Assembly: GCF_036365525.1 (NCBI RefSeq)
Contig: NC_090399.1
Location: forward strand, 50,190,430-50,254,429
Origin: Heterodontus francisci
Taxonomy: Eukaryota
Length of the DNA stretch: 64,000 bases
Direction of reading: 5' to 3'
Under the pieces are notes generated by a model, which saw only the letters and a program-made list of their open reading frames with translations, ran no database searches and was not told where the DNA came from. Below, in pieces: positions 8,789 to 20,500 of the stretch. Made by a program: the position numbers and the translations under genes. The stretch's first letter is position 1; each line of letters opens with the position of its first letter.

Positions 8789-10732
8789 GCCCACCTCCAG
8801 CCAAAAAGGAAGGTGCTGTGAGCACGAGTGAGACTCGGAGACCTGTGTCCTTCCATTGTAATAAGGCAGGGCATTTAAAAGTTGACTGCTGGAAACTATA
8901 GGGGAAATCGGTAGGGTTAATCAGGGCACACCTGCTCAGTGAAGACGAGGGCCTGATAGAAAACACAGAATGGGCTGTGGCTTTAACTGCAGTGAGGGTG
9001 CAACGCAGGAAGCTTACTACGGCCAGTGCAGGAAAAGTTAATAGGATTACTGAAGGTTATCAGGATTTGTGTTTGAAGGGAAAGTAACCCCACATATTCC
9101 TCAATTGGGACAAGGAAGCCCAGAGTGATTCTCAGGGACATGGGCGACTGGATCCCTTTTACTGGGAAAAGGCCTGATCTTTCCCCCAGAGAGTGCAGTG
9201 AACACCAAAATGGTGGTGAGTGGTCTTGGAGGACAGTGTACCTGTAGACTGAGTGCACTTGGAATGCGACCTGGTTTCGGGTCTGCTGAACGTAGGGATT
9301 ATCCCTAGTTTTCCTGTGGACGGGATTGACCTGTGCCCTAAGATAATGATCTGGCAGGGGTGAAGGTGGTTGCCTCCCCCCCCCCCCCACCCCCCAGTAG
9401 TGAAAGAAAGACCACAGGAGGTCAGAGAGACAGGGCAGTGGCAGGAGACGGACCCCTGCAGTTTCCCTGAATGTGTAGTGGATCAGGCCATGATCAAACC
9501 AGCTCCCCCAGAGGAGACTGAATTAGTACTGCAGGCAGATGACCAGGAGGTCTGTCTGTCCAAGACTTTCTTTGGAAAACTGGGAGACCCTGGGAAAGAA
9601 TTAAATGGATTTTTCCTAGCTGAGGCTCAGCGAGCTGACCCAGTATTGTGAGAGTTAGCACAGGCTGCCCAGTCTGAAAGTGAAGCAGAGGGAGTCCCTG
9701 ATTGCTACTATTTAATGAATGAGGTACTGATGAGGAAATGGAGTTCTCCTCACAGACCTGAGGGCCAGGAGTTGACAGTAGTTCACCAGTTAGTGGTGGC
9801 ACAGAGGTACCGGGGAGAAATATTAAGAAGGGCTCACATGACTACAGTGGTTGTACATGCTGGTTTACAAAAGACCAAAGCTCGCATACGACAGCATTAT
9901 GACTGGCCAAAATTTCAAAGGTGTGGTGGAGTCCTGCAGGAGTTACCACCTGTACCACGTTGAGGGCAATCCCCAACCTACAGTGAAACTTACACCGCTA
10001 TTTCCTGTACCGGTGTTAGGAGGACTCTCCAATAGAGGGCTGGTGAACCGTAAGGGACCCCAGCTAAGAACAAAAGGGGACAGGCAGGCACATGGCCATC
10101 AAAAGTTTAGAAAGAGAAGGGTATAAAATGACCCAGAGGGTAGGTTAAAGGAAGTCCGGGAGGAATCCCAGATGAAAACAATGACTGTCTGGTCAACCAA
10201 CCCTGAAAAATGTGAAATGTTAGACCCCACAACCTCCTATGTAAATGCAGACTCTAGAAGCACCCACCAAAGATGCTAACAGCATTTACAGGAACCTACA
10301 GAAACAAAGAGAGACCTCTAGGGGTCAGAGAAACCATGAGGGTGATGCCTCAACTAGTGAGAATGCAGTTAAGGCTGCACAAATATCTGCAGGTAGCCGT
10401 GTCCAGAGAACAAAGGGGACAGTAACAGAGACTCCTCCCCCACAGTCAGAGGAAAAGGGAACCACCCATCCCCTGAAGACAAAAGTCTTTCCATGAATCA
10501 GGGAGTTCAGGATAGACCAGCCCCCCTACTTACTCTCCTGGGAACAAAGAGACAATCAAAGCAGCCCTGGCACCCAGAACAGCCCATTTTTAATGAGCTT
10601 TAAGATTGGTGAATGAATGGAAATGAATGAGAGAGATGCATGAGCTTTTTTCTGTATTGTATATTTCTCTCAAACTCTGTAAAGAAATGCACAACTTTCC
10701 TTCAAATCACATTTCATTTCCGGGTGAGGACA

Positions 10733-11521
10733 TATCGGACAAACCACCACCTGCCAAGACTGAGGCACGCATTATTTCGCCACATGAACATTAAACCTTA
10801 AAAATGCAAGCCCCTGACTGGAAAGACATTTTGCATAGTAACAGACGGTGTTGAAACAATGGGGATGCAGTAGTTCTTCCCCAATACACAGAAGTGGTCA
10901 GACCAGTTTCAGTCAGATGACTAACTGGCTGTTGCTGAGAATTTGAACTTCCTACAAAGGATTTGAACTGAGACAAAGCCATGTGCTCATGGAGTGAAGA
11001 TCTCTCCTGAAACTGAAGCAAGAATACCTCTCTCCTACCTGCTTCCATCTCCGTCCCATGCAAATGAATCTTGAGAAAACAGGTGAAACACAAAAAGAGA
11101 AAGCTTTTCAATGTTAACAAGCTTTTAAGAAGACTACTGGGCCCCAACAAAAAGCAAGACGACTTACAAAAGGAATACAAGATATTGCCTCAAACTGTTC
11201 CATCTGAGCTTTTCTTCTTCTTGTTTTCTGTTCCTATCTGCATGTGTATATCGCGTGTGCATGCTGGCATAGGTGTGTCGGACATCCATCAGGTGTGAAC
11301 AGTATTAGAGTTTAAGTTTAAAAAACATTTAATCTTTCTTCTTTAAAACAGAGAAATCCTGCATGAATTGGTTTCTTTGTCCTATAATTGGGAAAACAGT
11401 GAACAAGGATTCAGAAAAAGGGGACTCAAAACACATCGCATTTATAATTAAACCCTGTTAAAGTAAGATCAGGTGAAGATAGAAACAGATCCTGACACAA
11501 CATTTGCACCGGGTCGCAACA
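10733..11521 (+). mobile_element. Probable 3' LTR (~790 bp)
   Basis: Preceded by a short purine-rich stretch (gggtgagga). Begins tatcggac (degenerate TGTC..) and ends ccgggtcgcaaCA exactly where the satellite resumes. There is no second copy in the window to confirm it. Confidence 0.6.
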
Positions 11522-14500
11522 ATGGGAAAGGGGATCCAGTATCAGATAGAAATGGGAGTAAAAGTCACAGTCTGATCAGAGGGGAAAGGGGATCCAGTAT
11601 CAGATAGAAATGGGAGTTTAAGTCACATTCTGATCAGAGGGGAAAACGGATCCTGTATCAGATAGAAATGGGGGTTAGAGTCACAGACAGATCAGAGGGG
11701 AAAAAGGATCCCGTATCAGATAGAAATGGGGGTCAGAGTCACAGTCTGATTAGAGGAGAAAGGGGATTGAGTATCAGATAGAAATGGGGGGTTCAAGTCA
11801 CAGTCCGATCGGAGGAGAAAGGGGTATCCAGTATCAGATAGAAATGGGGGGTGGGTGGGTGTGGATAGAGTCACAGTGTGATAGAGGGGAAAGGGGATCC
11901 TGTATCAGATAGAAATGGGGGTTAGAGTCACAGTCCGATCAGAGGGGAAAGGGGATCCAGTATCAGATAGAAATGGGGGGTTCAAGTCACAGTCCGATCG
12001 GAGGAGAAAGGGGTATCCAGTATCAGATAGAAATGGGGGGGGGGGGGGTGTGGATAGAGTCACAGTCTGATAGAGGGGAAAGGGGATCCTGTATCAGATA
12101 GAAATGGGGGTTAGAGTCACAGTCCGATCAGAGGGGAAAGGGGATCCAGTATCAGATAGAAATGGGGGGTTCAAGTCACAGTCCGATCGGAGGAGAAAGG
12201 GGTATCCAGTATCAGATAGAAATGGGGGGGGGGGGTGGATAGAGTCACAGTCTGATAGAGGGGAAAGGGGATCCTGTATCAGATAAAAATGGGGGTTAGA
12301 GTCACAGTCCGATCAGAGGGGAAAGGGGATCCAGTATCAGATAGAAATGGGGGTTAGAGTCACAGTCCGATTAAAGGGGAAAGGGGATCCAGTATCAGAT
12401 AGAAATGGGGGTTAGATTCACAGTCTGATCAGAGTGGAAAGGGGATGTAGTATCAGATAGAAATGGGGGTTAGAGTCACAGACAGATCAGAGGGGAAAAA
12501 GGATCCCGTATCAGATAGAAATGGGGGTCAGAGTCACAGTCTGATCAGAGGAGAAAGGGGATCTAGTATAGATAGAAATGGGGGTTAGAGACACAGTCTG
12601 ACCAGAGGGGAAAGGGGATCCTGTATCAGATAGCAATGGGGGTTAGAGTCACAGTCTGATCAGAGGGGAAAGTGGATCCAGTATCAGATAGAAATGGGGG
12701 GTTAGAGTCACAGTCTGATCAGGGGGGAAAGGGGATCCAGTATCAGATAGAAATGGGGGTCAGAGTCACAGTCTGATCAGAGGGGAAAGGGGATCCAGTA
12801 TCAGATAGAAATGGGGGTTTGAGTCACAGTCTGATCAGAGGAGAAAGGGGATTGAGTATCAGATAGAAATGGGGGGTTCAAGTCACAGTCCGATCGGAGG
12901 AGAAAGGGGTATCCAGTATCAGATAGAAATGGGGGGGGGGGGTGTGGATAGAGTCACAGTGTGATAGAGGGGAAAGGGGATCCTGTATCAGATAGAAATG
13001 GGGGTTAGAGTCACAGTCCGATCAGAGGGGAAAGGGGATCCAGTATCAGATAGAAATGGGGGGTTCAAGTCACAGTCCGATCAGAGGAGAAAGGGGTATC
13101 CAGTATCAGATAGAAATGGCGGGGGGGGGGGGGTGTGTATAGAGTCACAGTCTGATGGAGGGGAAAGGGGATCCTGTATCAGATAGAAATGGGGGTTAGA
13201 GTCACAGTCCGATCAGAGGGGAAAGGGGATCCAGTATCAGATAGAAATGGGGGGTTCAAGTCACAGTCCGATCGGAGGAGAAAGGGGTATCCAGTATCAG
13301 ATAGAAATGGGGGGGGGGGTGGATAGAGTCACAGGCTGATAGAGGGGAAAGGGGATCCTGTATCAGATAGAAATGGGGGTTAGAGTCACAGTCTGATGAG
13401 AGGGGAAAAAGGATCCTGTGTCAGATAAAAATGGGGTTAGAGTCACAGTCCGATCAGAGGGGAAAGGGGATCCAGTATCAGATAGAAATGGGGGTTAGAG
13501 TCACAGTCCGATTAAAGGGGAAAGGGGATCCAGTATCAGATAGAAATGGGGGTTAGATTCACAGTCTGATCAGAGTGGAAAGGGGATGTAGTATCAGATA
13601 GAAATGGGGGTTAGAGTCACAGACAGATCAGAGGGGAAAAAGGATCCCGTATCAGATAGAAATGGGGGTCAGAGTCACAGTCTGATCAGAGGAGAAAGGG
13701 GATCTAGTATAGATAGAAATGGGGGTTAGAGACACAGTCTGACCAGAGGGGAAAGGGGATCCTGTATCAGATAGCAATGGGGGTTAGAGTCACAGTCTGA
13801 TCAGAGGGGAAAGGGGATCCAGTATCAGATAGAAATGGGGGGTTAGAGTCACAGTCTGATCAGGGGGGAAAGGGGATCCAGTATCAGATAGAAATGGGGG
13901 TTAGAGACACAGTCTGACCAGAGGGGAAAGGGGATCCTGTATCAGATAGCAATGGGGGTTAGAGTCACAGTCTGATCAGAGGGGAAAGGGGATCCAGTAT
14001 CAGATAGAAATGGGGGTTAGAGTCACAGTCTGATCAGAGGGGAAAGGGGATCCTGTATCAGAAAGCAATGGGGGTTAGAGTCACAGTCTGATCAGAGGGG
14101 AAAGGGGATCCAGTATCAGATAGAAATGGGGGGTTAGAGTCACAGTCTGATCAGGGGGGAAAGGGGATCCAGTATCAGATAGAAATGGGGGGTTAGAGTC
14201 ACAGTCTGATCAGGGGGGAAAGGGGATCCAGTATCAGATAGAAATGGGGGTTAGAGTCACAATCTGATAAGAGGATAAAGGGGATCCTGTATCAGCTAGA
14301 AATGGGGGTTAGAGTCAAGGTCTGATCGGAGGGGAAAGGGGATCCTGTATCAGATAGAAATGGGGGTTAGAGTCACAATCTGATCAGAGGGGAAAGGGGG
14401 TCCTGTATCAGACAGAAATGGGGCTAAGAGTCACAGTCTGATCAGGGGGGAAGGGGGATCCTGTATCAGATAGAAATGGGGGTTAGAGTCACAATCTGAT

Positions 14501-17500
14501 CAGAGGGGAAAGGGGGTCCTGTATCAGACAGAAATGGGGCTAAGAGTCACAGTCTGATCAAGGGGGAAAGGGGATCCTGTATCAGATAGAAATGGGGGTT
14601 AGAGTCACAGAATGATCAGGGGGGAAACGGGATCCTGTATAGGATAGAAATGGGGGGTTGGAGTCAGAGTGTGATCAGGGGGGAAAGGGGATCCAGTATC
14701 AGATAGAAATGGGGGGTTGGAGTCACAGTCTGATCAGAGGGGAAAGGGGATCCAGTATCAGATAGAAATGGGGGTGAGAGTCACAGTCTGATCAGAGGGG
14801 AAAGGGGATCCTGTATCAGATAGCAATGGGGGTTAGAGTCACAGTCTGATCAGAGGGGAAAGGGGATCCAGTATCAGATAGAAATGGGGGGTTAGAGTCA
14901 CAGTCTGATCAGGGGGGAAAGGGGATCCAGTATCAGATAGAAATGGGGGTTAGAGTCACAATCTGATCAGAGGATAAAGGGGATCCTGTATCAGCTAGAA
15001 ATGGGGGTTAGTGTCACAGTCCAATCAGAGGGGAAAGGGGATCCAGTAGCAGATAGAAATGGGGAGTTGGAGTCACAGTCCGATTAGGGGGGAAAGGGGA
15101 TCCAGTAGCAGATAGAAATGGGGGGTTAGAGTCACAGTCTGATCAGGGGGGAAAGGGGATCCAGTAGCAGATGGAAATGGGGGGTTGGAGTCACATTCTG
15201 ATCAGAGGGGAAAGGGGATCCTGTATCAGATAGAAATGGGGGTTCGAGTCACAGTCTGATCAGAGGGGAAAGGGGATCCAGTATCAGATAGAAATGGGGG
15301 GTTGGAGTCACAGAATGATGAGGAGGGAAAGGGGATCCAGTATCAGATAGAAATGGGGGTTACAGTCACAGACTGATCAAAGGGGAAAGGGGATCCTGTA
15401 TCAGATAGAAATGGGGGTTAGAGTCACAGTCTGATCAGAGGGGAAAGGGGATCCAGTATCAGATAGAAATGGGGGTTAGTGTCACAGTCCAATCAGAGGG
15501 GAAAGGGGATCCAGTATCAGATAGAAATGGGGGGTTGGAGTCACAGTCCGATCAGGCGGGAAAGGGGATCCAGTATCAGATAGAAATGGGGGGTTGGAGT
15601 CACAGTCTGATCAGAGGGGAAAGGGGATCCAGTATCGGATAGAAATGGGGGGTTAGAGTCACCGTCTGATCAGAGGGGAAAGGGGATCCTGGACCAGATA
15701 GCAATGGGGGGGGGGGGGGTTCGATTCACAGTCTGATCAGAGGGGAAAGGGGATCCAGTATCAGATAGAAATGGGGTTAAAGTCACAGTCTGATCAGAGG
15801 GGAAAGGGGATCGAGTATCAGACAGAAATGGGGGTTCGAGTCACAGTCTGATCAGAGGGGAAAAAGGATCCTGTATCAGATAGAAATGGGGGTTCGAGTC
15901 ACAGTCTGATCAGAGGGGAAAAAGGATCCTGTATCAGATAGAAATGGGAGTTAAAGTCACAGTCTGATCAGTGGGGAAAGGGGATCCAGTATCAGATAGA
16001 AATGGGGGTTAGAGTCACAGTCTGATCAGAGGGGAAAGGGGATCCAGTATCAGATAGAAATGGGGGTTAGAGTCACAGTCTGATCAGAGGGGAAAGGGGA
16101 TCCTGTATCAGATAGAAATGGGGGTTAGAGTCACAGTCTGATCAGAGGGGAAAGGGGATCCAGTATCAGATAGAAATGGGGGTTAGTGTCACAGTCCAAT
16201 CAGAGGGGAAAGGGGATCCTGTATCAGATAGAAATGGGGGTTAGAGTCACAGTCTGATCAGAGGGGAAAGGGGATCCAGTATCAGATAGAAATGGGGGTT
16301 AGTGTCACAGTCCAATCAGAGGGGAAAGGGGATCCAGTATCAGATAGAAATGGGGGGTTGGAGTCACAGTCCGATCAGGCGGGAAAGGGGATCCAGTATC
16401 AGATAGAAATGGAGGGTTAGAATCACAGAATGATCAGAGGGGAAAGGGGATCCAGTATCAGATAGAAATGGGGGGTTGGAGTCACAGTCTGATCAGAGGG
16501 GAAAGGGGATCCAGTATCAGATAGAAATGGGGGGTTGGAGTCACAGTCTGATCAGAGGGGAAAGGGGATCCAGTATGAGATAGAAATGGGGGTTAGTGTC
16601 ACAGTCCAATCAGAGGGGAAAGGGGATCCAGTATCAGATAGAAATGGGGGGTTAGAGTCACCGTCTGATCAGAGGGGAAAGGGGATCCTGGACCAGATAG
16701 CAATGGGGGGGGGGGGTTCGATTCACAGTCTGATCAGAGGGGAAAGGGGATCCAGTATCAGATAGAAATGGGGTTAAAGTCACAGTCTGATCAGAGGGGA
16801 AAGGGGATCGAGTATCAGACAGAAATGGGGGTTCGAGTCACAGTCTGATCAGAGGGGAAAAAGGATCCTGTATCAGATAGAAATGGGGGTTAGAGTCACA
16901 GTCTGATCAGAGGGGAAAGGGGATCCAGTATCAGATAGAAATGGGGGTGAGAGTCACAGTCTGATCAGAGGGGAAAGGGGATCCTGTATCAGATAGAAAT
17001 GGGGGTTGGAGTCACAGAATGATCAGGGGGGAAAGGGGATCTAGTATAGATAGAAATGGGGGTTAGAGTCACAGTCTGATCAGAGGGGAAAGGGGATCCT
17101 GTATCAGATAGAAATGGGGGGTTAGAGTCACAGTCTGATCAGAGGGGAAAGGGGATCCAGTATCAGATAGAAATGGGGGTTAGTGTCACAGTCCGATCAG
17201 AGGGGAAAGGGGATCCAGTATCAGATAGAAATGGGGGGTTGGAGTCACAGTCCGATCAGGGGGGAAAGGGGATCCAGTAGCAGATAGAAATGGGGGGTTA
17301 GAGTCACAGTCTGATCAGGGGGGAAAGGGGATCCTGTATCAGATAGAAATGGGGGTTACAGTCACAGTCTGATCAGAGGGGAAAGGGGATCCAGTATCAG
17401 ATAGAAATGGGGGTTACAGTCACAGTCTGATCAAAGGGGAAAGGGGAAACTTTATCAGATAGAAATGGGGGTTAGAGTCACAGAATGATCAGAGGGGAAA

Positions 17501-20500
17501 GGGGATCCAGTATCAGATAGAAATGGGGGGTTGGAGTCACAGTCTGATCAGAGGGGAAAGGGGATCCAGTATCAGATAGAAATGGGGGTTAGAGTCACAG
17601 TCTGATCAGAGGGGAAAGGGGATCCAGTATCAGATAGAAATGGGGGGTTGGAGTCACAGTCCGATCAGGCGGGAAAGGGGATCCAGTATCAGATAGAAAT
17701 GGGGGGTTAGAATCACAGAATGATCAGAGGGGAAAGGGGTCCAGTTTCAGATAGAAATGGGGGGTTGGAGTCACAGTCTGATCAGAGGGGAAAGGGGATC
17801 CAGTATCAGATAGAAATGGGGGTTAGAGTCACCGTCTGATCAGAGGGGAAAGGGGATCCTGGACCAGATAGCAATGGGGGTGGGGGGGGGTTCGATTCAC
17901 AGTCTGATCAGAGGGGAAAGGGGATCCAGTATCAGATAGAAATGGGGTTAAAGTCACAGTCTAATCAGAGGGGAAAGGGGATCGAGTATCAGACAGAAAT
18001 GGGGGTTCGAGTCACAGTCTGATCAGAGGGGAAAAAGGATCCTGTATCAGATAGAAATGGGGGTTAGAGTCACAGTGTGATCAGGGGGGAAAGGGGATCC
18101 AGTATCAGATAGAAATGGGGGTTAGAGTCACAGTGTGATCAGAGGGGAAAGGGGATCCAGTATCAGATAGAAATGGGGGTGAGAGTCACAGTCTGATCAG
18201 AGGGGAAAGGGGATCCTGTATCAGATAGAAATGGGGGTTGGAGTCACAGAATAATCAGGGGGGAAAGGGGATCTAGTATAGATAGAAATGGGGGTTAGAG
18301 TCACAGTCTGATCAGAGGGGAAAGGGGATCCTGTATCAGATAGAAATGGGGGGTTAGAGTCACAGTCTGATCAGGGGGGAAAGGGGATCCTGTATCAGAT
18401 AGAAATGGGGGTTACAGTCACAGAATGATCAGGGGGGAAAGGGGATCCAGTATCAGATAGAAATGGGGGTTAGTGTCACAGTCCAATCAGAGGGGAAAGG
18501 GGATCCATATCAGATAGAAATGGGGGGTTGGAGTCACAGTCCGATCAGGGGGGAAAGGGGATCCAGTAGCAGATAGAAATGGGGGGGTTAGAGTCACAGT
18601 CTGATCAGGGGGGAAAGGGGATCCTGTATCAGATAGAAATGGGGGTTACAGTCACAGAATGATCAGAGGGGAAAGGGGATCCTGTATCAGATAGAAATGG
18701 GGGTTACAGTCACAGTCTGATCAAAGGGGAAAGGGGATACTTTATCAGATAGAAATGGGGGTTAGAGTCACAGAATGATCAGAGGGGAAAGGGGATCCTG
18801 TATCAGATAGAAATGGGGGTCAGAGTCACAGTCCGATCAGAGGGGAAAGGGGATCCTGTATCAGATAGAAATGGGGGTTAGAGTCACAGTGTGATCAGGG
18901 GGGGAAGGGGATCCTGTATCGGATAGAAATGGGGGTTAGAGTCACAGTGTGATCAGGGGGGAAAGGGGCTCCAGTATCAGATAGAAATGGGGGTTAGTGT
19001 CACAGCCCAATCAGAGGGGAAAGGGGATCCAGTAGCAGATAGAAATGGGGGGTTGGAGTCACAGTCTGATCAGAGGGGAAAGGGGATCCAGTATCAGATA
19101 GAAATGGGGGTTAGTGTCACAGCCCAATCAGAGGGGAAAGGGGATCCAGTATGAGATAGAAATGGGGGGTTGGAGTCACAGTCTGATCAGAGGGGAAAGG
19201 GGATCCTGTATCAGATAGAAATGGGGGGTTGGAGTCACAGTATGATCAGAGGGGAAAGGGGATCCTGTATCAGATAGAAATGGGGGTTAGAGTCACAGAA
19301 TGATCAGGGGGGAAAGGGGGTCCAGTATCAGATAGAAATGGGGGTTACAGTCACAGTCTGATCAAAGGGGAAAGGGGATTCTTTATCAGATAGAAATGGG
19401 GGTTGGAGTCACAGTCTGATCAGAGGGGAAAAAGGATCCTGTATCAGATAGAAATGGGGGTTAGAGTCACAGTCTGATCAGGGGGGAAAGGGGATCCAGT
19501 ATGAGATAGAAATGGGGGGTTGGAGTCACAGTATGATCAGAGGGGAAAGGGGATCCAGTATCAGATAGAAATGGGGGTGAGAGTCACAGTCTGATCAGAG
19601 GGGAAAGGGGATCCTGTATCAGATAGAAATGGGGGGTTGGAGTCACAGTCCGATCAGGGGGGAAAGGTGATCCAGTATCAGATAGAAATGGGGGTTACAG
19701 TCACAGTCTGATCAAAGGGGAATGGGGATACTTTATCAGATAGAAATGGGGGTTGGAGTCACAGTCTGATCAGAGGGGAAAGGGGATCGAGTATCAGATA
19801 GAAATGGGGGTTAGAGTCACAGTGTGATCAGGGGGGAAAGGGGATCCAGTATCGGATAGAAATGGGTTTAGACTCACAGTCCGATCAGAGGGGAAAGGAG
19901 ATCCTCTATCAGATAGAAATGGGGGTTAGAGTCACAGTGGGATCAGGGGGGAAAGGGGATCCAGTATCAGATAGAAATGGGGGGTTGGAGTCACAGTCTG
20001 ATCAGAGGGGAAAGGGGATCCAGTATCAGATAGAAATGGGGGGTTGGAGTCACAGTCCGATCAGGGGGGAAAGGGGATCCAGTAGCAGATAGAAATGGGG
20101 GTTAGAGTCACAGTCTGATCAGAGGGGAAAGGGGATCCTGTATCAGATAGAAATGGGGGTTAGAGTCACAGAATGATCAGGGGGGAACGGGGATCCAGTA
20201 TCAGATAGAAATGGGGGTTACAGTCACAGTCTGATCAAAGGGGAAAGGGGATACTTTATCAGATAGAAATTGGGGTTGGAGTCACAGTCTGATCAGAGGG
20301 GAAAGGGGATCGAGTATCAGATAGAAATGGGGGTTAGAGTCACAGTCTGATCAGAGGGGAAAAAGGATCCTGTATCAGATAGAAATGGGGGTTAGAGTCA
20401 CAGTCTGATCAGGGGGGAAAGGGGATCCTGTATCGGATAGAAATGGGTTTAGACTCACAGTCCGATCAGAGGGGAAAGGGGATCCAGTATGAGATAGAAA

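Larger units (their letters stand above)
8072..11521 (+). mobile_element. 5'-truncated, internally deleted Gmr1-like Ty3/Gypsy LTR retrotransposon (SCAN-type gag)
   Basis: Gag: IPKFNEEDVEEFF..FKKLA..WP..WSLLLQSKLTGKAHEVY..AILRAYEL, then LREVILLDQFKNSLP..AAVLADE (SCAN-like) and a knuckle SFHCNKAGHLKVDCW. Protease motif ILRDMG at ~9128. Integrase Zn-binding region LVVAQRYRGEILRRAH..HAGLQKTKARIRQHYDWP..CRS at ~9790-9960. No RT/RNaseH recognised. Multiple frameshifts. Confidence 0.88.

Noticed and set aside
8115-8901. Host ZSCAN/SCAN zinc-finger gene or proline-rich protein
   Set aside because: There is no C2H2 array, it is followed by a knuckle, protease, integrase and LTR, and the polyproline comes from a poly(C) tract that may be slippage or sequencing error.
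10791-11298. ORFs 10791-11180 (-) and 11071-11298 (+)
   Set aside because: They lie inside the probable LTR and have no recognisable domains.
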